Assembly: GCA_018985225.1 (NCBI GenBank)
Contig: JADGIF010000005.1
Location: 16,304 to 48,303, forward strand
DNA: 32,000 bases
Reading direction: 5' to 3'
Origin: Amoeboradix gromovi X-113
Taxonomy: Eukaryota > Fungi > Sanchytriomycota
Made by a program: the position numbers and the translations under genes. The notes beneath the pieces were generated by a model. The model ran no database searches and was not told where the DNA came from. It saw nothing but the letters and a program-made list of their open reading frames with translations. Every line of letters starts with the position of its first letter. The stretch's first letter is position 1. Below are positions 18,902 through 27,327 of the stretch, piece by piece.

Positions 18902-21900
18902 TTACCTCCCGCAGGCCTTTATAAACTCTTTTATTTCCGTGGCATCCTTGGTTCCTCTAACTATTTCCACCCCGCTACTGCAATCCACTCCAACACCAAT
19001 CCTCAGACCTTCCTGAACGTTTTTTGTGTTTATACCGCCTGCTAACATAAAATCTTTGCATTCTATTAAATCCCAATTTAGTTGCTCTCCAGACCCACCG
19101 TTTTCGCCATCCATTAAGTATATTAGTGGTTTTCTATTGCATTTTTCGTATTCCTTTATTTCTATTGAATTTCTAATAGCTTTGATAACCGGCACGCTCA
19201 TCATATCAACTAATTCATTGCTCTCTTGCCCATGTAGTTGCACCATATCTAGTCTGCAGTATCGTACTATTTCTTCAATTTCTGCAAAGGATTGATTCAT
19301 AAACACTCCAACATTTAATGGTCGGTTACTTGTCCCACATACACGTTTTACAACCTCAATTCTATCTTTTATCGAATCAAACCTTCTTCCCTGCTGCAAT
19401 AAGCCAATGTTAATCTTGCCACTGTTAACGATCTTGCTACAATCTTCTTTATCTATAAATCTTGGAGACTGCTCGACAAACACAAACCCAACCATCTCGA
19501 CAGCGCAGAGTGTATATATATCAAGAGTTTTAACTCCGCAAATTTTAACTAACTTATCAACATGCTTTGAAGTCGGGTTTCCAAATATTGAGCTGATAAA
19601 TGTAAAGGGATCGTTCTTCATCAACGCTTCTCCAATCAACACACCATTACAGCTATTATCTTTATAATAAATGGCATCTTGAGGACTGCTGATACCACTT
19701 AATGCTATTATGCTTTGACAATTGGTAAAATATCTCATAATTTCAATGGTATGATGTTTGCTCACTTTAAAATTGTGCAGGTTTCTGTTGTTTATTCCTA
19801 TTAAAGTACACTGTAGACCATTAACAATCTTAGCCTCTTCTACAGAGTACACTTCAACCAATGGAGTCATTCCAAGCAATAAAGTATAGTCTATCAACTC
19901 TTTCAATTCCTGAGTATTTAAGATGGCAGCTATCAGTAAAATAATATCGGCCCCATATACACGAGACTGTAATACTTGGTATTTATTAATGATGAAGTCC
20001 TTTCTGAGTACTAGCATATCAGATTTGTCTAATAATACTCTAATTTGGGCCATGTTAGCTAACTGTCCTTTAAAATATTTCGGTTCTGTCAACACACTTA
20101 TAACAGAAGCATTAGAATATTCATACTGCTCTGCTATATGAACTATAGAAGTAGACTTATTAATCACTCCTTTGGAAGGGCTAGCACGTTTAAACTCTGC
20201 AAAAACATGAAAGCTTTTATTTTTTAATTTTCTAGCGGGTAGCGCATGTGGTAGAATATCCAATAGGTCGTTGAAGGTATTTCCGGGTGTGCTCATCAAA
20301 TTTGACAGATCTGATCGTGTTACTTCTACAATTTTATCCAAAATAGATTTTTCGTTCAAATTGGCTGCCGAATTTGCAGTAGTTGTACCAGTTGACATGG
20401 CTATGAAATTTTTAATCATCTGCTTTCCGTACTCACTTTTTATTGACTCAGGGTGAAACTGAACTGCATGTATGCAATACTTATTATGAGCTACACTCAT
20501 CAATAACCCATCTTCAACAGTGGTTGAAGTGCTTACAAGGTCATTCCCTTGGATTTTGCCTATTAAGGAATGATATCTCATGACTCTTAGTGGAGATGGA
20601 ATATCCAGAAATATACCACTCCCTGTATGCTCAATCATAGATGTCTTGCCATGCATTAAGTATGGCGCGTAATCTACTAATCCGCCGAATGTCTCGCATA
20701 TTAGTTGATGTCCTAGACATATGCCCAATATAGGGACCAACCCCTTAAACTCCTCAACAACAAGCGGACAAATTCCCGAATCTTTGGGAAAGCCTGGACC
20801 CGGACTTATAACAATATGCGATGGGCACATTTCATGTATTTGCTGTAAAGTAATTTGGTCATTGCGTACTACAAACACAGCTTTACTAATGTAGTGATAA
20901 ATGTTAAAAGTAAATGAATCGTAGTTGTCAATCAATAGCACGGGATTGCTTGTATCAGGTTTTAAATGCTTGTAGGCTGCTATGCTCTTGTTTCCAGGAA
21001 CATTCTGGATCTTTACCATTGTTAAAGAATGGGCAATTGTATTGTTTAATGGGATCTTGAATAGAGATTTAGCACAGCAGTCTTCAATTGCTTGAAAACA
21101 GGCACCCATCTTGTTAACCGTTTCTAGGTATTCCATGACTGGGTCACTATCAGCTACAATTCCTGCACCGGCTTGTATTAAAGCAACTCTCTTGTTGCCA
21201 ACATTAGTGAATACTATAGTGCGAATCGCGATAGCAGAGTCCATACCACCTCTACCATTTATATATCCGACTAAACCACCGTAAACACTTCTTCTATTGG
21301 GTTCAAAATGATTGATTAATTGCATTGCTTTGTGTTTCGGCGCACCACTTAAAGTACCAGCAGGGAATAAACCACGAACTACATCAAACGTATCTGACAC
21401 ATAAGCATGTTTAAACGTGAATTTTATTTTGATAAGCGATTCTAGGTCAATTAGCTCTTGGGGCTTGTCTGCCAATGGGTGGACAACAAATGAAATGCCC
21501 TGTACTTCGCTAACTATATGCATAACATGCGAAAAATACTGAATCTCCATGAATTTAGAAACTTTAACGAGATCCAAAATAACGGTGGGGTGTGGTAACA
21601 CAATTCTTCCGATATCGTTACGAGCCAAATCTACCAACATCAAATGCTCTGCACATTCCTTTTTGTCACTTAATAAATCCTGTGATAAAACATCATCCTC
21701 TATTGGATTCTTCCCACGTTTACGAGTGCCAGCTATAGGATGGGAATAAATTAGAATTTTTGTAATGACATTCTCCCTTTGTACCTCAGAAGCAATGGGA
21801 TCAATTCTACAAAGCAGCTCCGGAGACGCACCTACTATACTTGTAGAATCAAACTGCATGTAATACATATACGGGCTAGGATTCATTTGCCTCAGAGCCA

Positions 21901-22753
21901 TGTAAACTTGAAATTCGTTCAGGTTGTCTACTTCCAAAATAACTTGACGTGCAAAAACGCATTGAAATATGTCTCCCTCATGAATATGGTGTTTGATCTT
22001 TAACACATTACTCTGGTATTCGCTTTCAGACATATTGGAGTGTCGTTGCTTAATTGATCCAACAGAATACGGGATAGAAATGGAAGAACGATGGTAAATG
22101 TTCTCGCTATTCATGATAGACAGGCTTATGTTTTGCAGATCTTGTTGATGTTCGTTGTAAATTACTGATAAATTAGATAGATCATTTAATATCACAATTT
22201 TATGAACATGAACCAGATGATGTACATGGTCGTAAACACAATAGTAAGTAGGAATTATCCATTGCGACCTATGGATGTTGTCATGAGCTAAATCAAATAT
22301 CGAGGTAGATTGTTTTTGCTTGTATGGAATGTTATGATACTGCTCGATAAGATCGTAGCTGAGATATCCTACATGCGTAATAAAATGCAGCGGAGAGTTG
22401 CTGATGATATCGTAAGTATCTTCAAGAGTAGAGGAGTTTTCGATTACTGTGTGACCAGTCCCCATCAAAGAGTACTGGTTCATATGTGTTAATTGGGCAC
22501 TTTCCAACAGAAACGAGTAGTTGCTCTGAATGCTCAAATAGATGGATGTAGGTGTTTGCAAGGAAGCATTAAATTGTTCGTGCAAAATTAGAAGAGTGGG
22601 ATTTTGTCGTTTCATTTGGTCGTTCCCCTCGTAAAAATCATGGTATCCAGTAAAGTCAAGAACTTGTAAAGAGAAACGGACAAAGTCAGTCAACACGCTA
22701 TAGCGGCTACTCATCCTTCCAATACGGTAAGTCGGGATTGAATTGGGGCGCAC
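18902..22753 (-). CDS. multifunctional tryptophan biosynthesis protein: anthranilate synthase component I + glutamine amidotransferase (component II) + IGP synthase + PRA isomerase (TrpE-TrpG-TrpC-TrpF)
   Basis: TrpE: SFLLES, GDIFQ, NPSPY, PIAGTRKRG, EHLMLVDLARND, FPAGTLSGAPK. TrpG: IDNYDSF, SPGPG, GICLGHQ, RYHSL, QFHPES. TrpC: AEFKRASPSKG, SVLTEP, LRKDF, GINNRNL. TrpF: VKICG, VQLHG, LAGG, GVDCSSGVE. The true start is probably ATG 22714 or 22615 (the ORF track starts at a GTG). Confidence 0.93.
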   Translation of the reverse strand: MRPNSIPTYRIGRMSSRYSVLTDFVRFSLQVLDFTGYHDFYEGNDQMKRQNPTLLILHEQFNASLQTPTSIYLSIQSNYSFLLESAQLTHMNQYSLMGTGHTVIENSSTLEDTYDIISNSPLHFITHVGYLSYDLIEQYHNIPYKQKQSTSIFDLAHDNIHRSQWIIPTYYCVYDHVHHLVHVHKIVILNDLSNLSVIYNEHQQDLQNISLSIMNSENIYHRSSISIPYSVGSIKQRHSNMSESEYQSNVLKIKHHIHEGDIFQCVFARQVILEVDNLNEFQVYMALRQMNPSPYMYYMQFDSTSIVGASPELLCRIDPIASEVQRENVITKILIYSHPIAGTRKRGKNPIEDDVLSQDLLSDKKECAEHLMLVDLARNDIGRIVLPHPTVILDLVKVSKFMEIQYFSHVMHIVSEVQGISFVVHPLADKPQELIDLESLIKIKFTFKHAYVSDTFDVVRGLFPAGTLSGAPKHKAMQLINHFEPNRRSVYGGLVGYINGRGGMDSAIAIRTIVFTNVGNKRVALIQAGAGIVADSDPVMEYLETVNKMGACFQAIEDCCAKSLFKIPLNNTIAHSLTMVKIQNVPGNKSIAAYKHLKPDTSNPVLLIDNYDSFTFNIYHYISKAVFVVRNDQITLQQIHEMCPSHIVISPGPGFPKDSGICPLVVEEFKGLVPILGICLGHQLICETFGGLVDYAPYLMHGKTSMIEHTGSGIFLDIPSPLRVMRYHSLIGKIQGNDLVSTSTTVEDGLLMSVAHNKYCIHAVQFHPESIKSEYGKQMIKNFIAMSTGTTTANSAANLNEKSILDKIVEVTRSDLSNLMSTPGNTFNDLLDILPHALPARKLKNKSFHVFAEFKRASPSKGVINKSTSIVHIAEQYEYSNASVISVLTEPKYFKGQLANMAQIRVLLDKSDMLVLRKDFIINKYQVLQSRVYGADIILLIAAILNTQELKELIDYTLLLGMTPLVEVYSVEEAKIVNGLQCTLIGINNRNLHNFKVSKHHTIEIMRYFTNCQSIIALSGISSPQDAIYYKDNSCNGVLIGEALMKNDPFTFISSIFGNPTSKHVDKLVKICGVKTLDIYTLCAVEMVGFVFVEQSPRFIDKEDCSKIVNSGKINIGLLQQGRRFDSIKDRIEVVKRVCGTSNRPLNVGVFMNQSFAEIEEIVRYCRLDMVQLHGQESNELVDMMSVPVIKAIRNSIEIKEYEKCNRKPLIYLMDGENGGSGEQLNWDLIECKDFMLAGGINTKNVQEGLRIGVGVDCSSGVEIVRGTKDATEIKEFIKACGR

Positions 22754-22984
22754 ATGTTTGTCACTATCAAATAGTCGTTACAACCACCAGAAAATTCCAC
22801 ACATACTGCTCATCTGGCTAATAAATTTCCATTGAGACTCGCCATTATCTCCCTTTTTTGCACAAGACCTCAACTAAAATATCCTTTGGAGCGATAAAAT
22901 TAATTCAAGCCGATAAAAATTTCATTCGATTAAAAAATAAACTTTTGTAAACAAATGAGACATTACTGTGAACACTAAATTAGC

Positions 22985-23566
22985 TATTTAAAAAGCTCCA
23001 TTGTTTTCTTGAATAATTATTTGTCGCGAATTTGTATGCATTTTTATATAATTTCATGACTTTTCCAGATTTTTATAATACCTTAATTACTCGATATTCT
23101 TCATAGAGTTAGTGGACGTAATCCCGAATATGTCAAATCTAAAGAAATAAGTAATAGCTACAGCATACATTTATCAACGCTGAGGAACTGGCCCAAGCAT
23201 GGAACAATTAGTTATCTTTCGACGCCAGGAAGCGATTTCTCTACAATTTGTTCAAAGAACTCTTGAAGTTCAAGTGTAAGCAAAGAGGAAACACGTCGGT
23301 TGAATGTAATGAAGCATTTACTGGTCAGACATGTACGAGGTCTGGTACTCTAAAAAACCAACTTAGAAACCTGAACCTGTACAAAGTGTCATTTGAAGAT
23401 AGAGACAATATGGCAGCAAGGAACATTTACATCAAGTATATTTATCCTTATTCAATCCCGCCTAAGGGTACTGCAAGCGTGAGCAATCATTGTAACGGAG
23501 CATCTAGCATTGCTAGTTTCTCTGTGGAAATTCTCGATTTTCTTGGAAATCAGGACTTTTAACGAG
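22985..23566 (+). mobile_element. family-A non-autonomous IS607/Fanzor2 element
   Basis: 23117-23230 reads EYVKSKEISNSYSIHLSTLRNWPKHGTISYLSTPG(fs)KRFLYN, an IS607 TnpA MerR-like HTH. It is joined by deletion to FKELLKFKCKQRGNTSVECNEAFTGQTC...EDRDNMAARNI (Fanzor2 RuvC-II, zinc finger, RuvC-III). The left boundary is approximate. Confidence 0.88.
23438..23566 (+). ncRNA. family-A putative omegaRNA scaffold
   Basis: Conserved structured end: CTAGC-att-GCTAG inside ACGGAG/CTCTGT, then GATTTT/GAAATC. Ends TTTTAACGAG. Confidence 0.65.
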
Positions 23567-23769
23567 AAGTAGTTCTCATTAGATGGAGACTAATAAATTT
23601 ATTTAACACTACTAGTTACCTCAGGAAGATTTTACTTAACTTCCTAGTCAGTTCATTTATGGTGAAGAAAGCAGTTACTACCTTAAAACAACCCCAAAGG
23701 TTATAGTGTCAATGATCTACATTATTCCAGCCTAGTCATTAGCAAATATATCGGTCGAAGCAGTTTTTA

Positions 23770-24049
23770 ACTCTAATTACGTTGAACAAAAATATTGTTT
23801 CTCGTTACATTAGGATATGATTCTTCTAATTATGCTGCAGCTGTTGTGGAGCTGCTGGTTAGGAAAATTGTATTAAAGGGACTACTAGAAGTCCAAAATT
23901 ACGCTATTATGATATGAAGGAAGAAAAACTTACGAATGTAGATTATATGATCCATCAGCTTGTAGAAAACTTTGCTAAATAATGGTGAGAGACCTATTAG
24001 CAAAGAACAGAGATTGGCAATAGCTTGATGCCACCTGGAGCTTAGGTAA
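23770..24049 (+). pseudogene. decayed Fanzor2 central fragment
   Basis: Frameshifted but collinear LITLNKN (RuvC-I-like), LGYDSS, KLTNVDYMIHQL (bridge-helix-like) and RPISKEQRLAIA*CHLELR. Confidence 0.45.
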
Positions 24050-24076
24050 TAAATTTGGGACATGAATGATTGATCG

Positions 24077-24491
24077 CCTACGTTAAATGTGAAGAATTCG
24101 AAAATCATGAAGATTTAAAACCCACACTTCTCAAGTGTAGACAACTTGGGGAGATACCGTTAGAGCATGTTCTTGCCTGCATAATTTTGAAGTACCTGGA
24201 TTGATATCTCTATGGTCTTGGTGACCGCATTGCTGACAATTGACGCAACGCTTGCAGCTACCACAAGTGTTGGACACATCATATTGTTTTTGAATGGTCG
24301 CAACTCTAATGAACTTTGAGTTCTTTTCATTTCGCATATTCTGATGCGAAAAATTGCTCCATGTCGTAGATCTGCAAAGTGTTGAATGGTGACAAAACAC
24401 CAGTACCAATAAAAAGAAGTCCTATGATATTGAGAATTGTTTATTTTTTGTCTTTTTCACTTTCACGCCAACGGCTTTACCTTTTGAGACC
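24077..24491 (-). mobile_element. family-C IS607/Fanzor2 mini-element copy 2
   Basis: MRNEKNSKFIRVATIQKQYDVSN (TnpA HTH start) is fused in frame to TCGSC...CQQCGHQDHRDIN (Fanzor zinc finger/RuvC-III). Ends GGTCTCAAAAGGTAAAG ... TTTAACGTAGG. Second copy at 7926-8159. Confidence 0.75.
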
Positions 24492-24542
24492 TTGTTTTAA
24501 TATTTTTGTACGTTTTTGTAGAATGTGTGCCAAATTTTATCC

Positions 24543-26942
24543 ATGAAACGTCAAAATTTAGCAATTGACATAGTAGAATTGTTAATTAAATCACAAGATG
24601 CGAATGGTACAGAGTATGATGAATATAAAGACCTGATTGTTCTGAAGCTTAATGAATACCAAAATACAGAAGTCGCGGAAAATGATATAAATAGGAAATT
24701 TATGGATTCCAGTGATGTTTTCAGGAATCAAGAAAATCTAGACAATTCCAGCAACCTGAATTTAAATCCTTTTGTGGAGAGATTTCAAAATAACAGTTTT
24801 GCACAAGAACAGCAAGGTAACCAAAGTAGGAATAATTTAATTTTCAGCGACAGTGATGAGATACAAGACGAAAATGACTTGGAGTCTCACCAGGTTGAAA
24901 TAATAGAACCCAAGGAATACAAGTCATTAGTGAATGACAACATAATCGACATGACTCAGATTCCCGATGATGTGTTTCCCCTAAGTTTAAATGTTCCTGA
25001 TGTTGTTGAGGTAGTAAATGAAAGTGAAGACGTAACTTACAAATGGACAAGCCAATGCTATAAGATTCTCAAGTCTGTCTTCGGTCTCAAAACTTTCAGG
25101 CCCAATCAGCTTCAAGCAATTAATCATACATTGAATGGTGATGATACCTTTGTTTTAATGCCAACTGGTGGCGGTAAATCTCTCTGTTTTCAATTACCTG
25201 CTTTAATAACTGCTGGCACTACTCAGGGCTTATCTATTGTAATCACTCCACTACTTAGTTTAATGATGGACCAAGTGAATGCATTACTAAACAAGACGGT
25301 GAATGTTGGTGCCTTTTGGGGCGATATGTCTGCTTCTCAACGTAGCAAACTCAAGTCACAGATATCCGAAATACCATGTCGATTGAAACTTCTTTACATT
25401 ACACCAGAGATGCTGAATAAGTCAACCTGGATGCAAAATCAAATGCAGTCTTTAAATAACAACAAATCATTAGCTAGGTTTATTGTGGATGAAGCCCATT
25501 GTTTAAGCAGTTGGGGCCATGACTTTAGGCCAGATTATAAGGCATTAGGCTTCATGAGACAAAGGTTTCCAAATGTTCCAATAATGGCATTAACTGCCAC
25601 AGCAAATTCGAAAGTAAGGCAAGATGTTATCTCTATTCTCAGAATGAGGAATGCTAAAATGATTAAACAGTCATTTAATCGTTCGAATCTTGTTTATAGC
25701 GTGTTCCAGAGAGACGCCTCTTTTATTGATAATGTTGTTAGTTTTGTCAAAATGAAATATCCAAATGAGTCAGGCATAATTTACTGTCAGACCAGGAGCA
25801 AATGTGAGCAAGTAGCAGCTAAATTACAAAGTGAATTGAGCATAAGCTGCTATCACGCCGGATTGCAAAAGGAGGATCGTCTGAGCATCCAACAGCAGTG
25901 GAGCAGCGGAATAATTAAGGTAATTGTAGCAACTATTGCTTTTGGTATGGGAATTGACAAACCTAATGTTAGATTTGTCATTCATCAAGCCTTGCCAAGC
26001 AGTGTGGAGGGATATTATCAAGAAACTGGTAGAGCTGGTAGAGATGGGCTACAAAGTGACTGCTTATTATACTATAGCTACGCAGATACCAAGACCGCGG
26101 AGTTATTAATAAATAGAGGTGAGGGAAGCAGAGAGCAGAAACAACGTCAATATGATAACCTTAGACAAATGATTAGTTACTGTGACAACAAAATAGAATG
26201 TAGACGAAGTATAATATTGCATTACTTTGGCGAAAAATTTGACCCTGCTGACTGCAACGGAACTTGTGACAACTGCAATAACAAAACCAAATATGTAGCT
26301 ACAGATGTAACTGAGATAGCCAAGGACTGTTTAAATATTGTTGATCAAATAACTTCCAATGGCAAGTACACTTTAATTTACTGCGCAGATTTAGTGCGTG
26401 GCAGTAGATCCAAAAAGGTTCAAGACCTTGGCCACGATGCAATAAAGGGTCACGGCGGTGGTAAATCTTTGAACAAAAGTGACGTTATGAGGCTAATGAA
26501 TGAGCTGGTCACTAAGGGATACTTGAAAGAAAAGACAGAGATGGGAAAAGCAGGATTTGCATGTAAGTATATTCATGTCACAACGCTTGGTGTACGGGTT
26601 ATTGATGGAGGTAAATTTAAAATGGAATTGAACATAGCACCTATAGTTTCAACAACAAAACCCTTACAGGCACCTAAAAGAAAGAGTTCGACTGCTAGTA
26701 AATCTAAGAAACAAAAGAATTTCAACTGGAAAGTAGCCTTAACTGATTTGAGAACTAGATTGTCGACTAATTACGCAAACGAGAACGACATAATATCAAA
26801 TAAAGAGATAAGTGAAGTGGTTAGAAGAAAACCGACTAATATGAATGAGATTAAACAATTGTCATTCATGGATGTAAATAGACTAACAATTGGTCTGCAC
26901 GAAGAGATATTAAACATATTGCAACAGAATCAGACTGCCTAA
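24543..26942 (+). CDS. SGS1: RecQ-family DNA helicase (Sgs1/BLM-like)
   Basis: FRPNQ, MPTGGGKSLCFQLP, VDEAHC.S.WGHDFRPDY, ALTATA, VATIAFGMGIDK, YYQETGRAGRDG and RQC zinc motif CRR...CDNC. Followed by winged helix and an HRDC-like tail. Confidence 0.93.
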   Translation: MKRQNLAIDIVELLIKSQDANGTEYDEYKDLIVLKLNEYQNTEVAENDINRKFMDSSDVFRNQENLDNSSNLNLNPFVERFQNNSFAQEQQGNQSRNNLIFSDSDEIQDENDLESHQVEIIEPKEYKSLVNDNIIDMTQIPDDVFPLSLNVPDVVEVVNESEDVTYKWTSQCYKILKSVFGLKTFRPNQLQAINHTLNGDDTFVLMPTGGGKSLCFQLPALITAGTTQGLSIVITPLLSLMMDQVNALLNKTVNVGAFWGDMSASQRSKLKSQISEIPCRLKLLYITPEMLNKSTWMQNQMQSLNNNKSLARFIVDEAHCLSSWGHDFRPDYKALGFMRQRFPNVPIMALTATANSKVRQDVISILRMRNAKMIKQSFNRSNLVYSVFQRDASFIDNVVSFVKMKYPNESGIIYCQTRSKCEQVAAKLQSELSISCYHAGLQKEDRLSIQQQWSSGIIKVIVATIAFGMGIDKPNVRFVIHQALPSSVEGYYQETGRAGRDGLQSDCLLYYSYADTKTAELLINRGEGSREQKQRQYDNLRQMISYCDNKIECRRSIILHYFGEKFDPADCNGTCDNCNNKTKYVATDVTEIAKDCLNIVDQITSNGKYTLIYCADLVRGSRSKKVQDLGHDAIKGHGGGKSLNKSDVMRLMNELVTKGYLKEKTEMGKAGFACKYIHVTTLGVRVIDGGKFKMELNIAPIVSTTKPLQAPKRKSSTASKSKKQKNFNWKVALTDLRTRLSTNYANENDIISNKEISEVVRRKPTNMNEIKQLSFMDVNRLTIGLHEEILNILQQNQTA

Positions 26943-27327
26943 ATATTAGCAATAAGACTCTGCAATAAATCTATATTATGCTCTTAATCACTGGATCACT
27001 TTGGCTCTTGTGACTTTACCAGCAATTAAAAATGACGACATTGAAATATTGCACTGCATATAGGGTGGCTGAATGCTAGTATTTCTTCCTTTTATTCAAA
27101 CATTTTTTGCATCGAATGGAGGCATATTCACATATCTTTGAAATTAGCTTGATTTTGTCAGATCGCTGGGAGATCAGATTGAGGAGAGCAAGTGCCAGCA
27201 ACAAATTGCAGCTTGGATTATAGATGATAAAGTATGGGAAATGCACGCTTTAGTAGCTCTTTTTGAGATATTTATATTAAGAGTCTATCTATTTATTTAA
27301 GTTAATCAAGTAAGTTAAATTTATTAT

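Noticed and set aside
22778-22813. In-frame upstream MSSMCGIFWWL* resembling an Ntn-amidotransferase start ahead of the Trp fusion
   Set aside because: It is followed by a stop, has no further Ntn motifs and no convincing intron. Likely chance.
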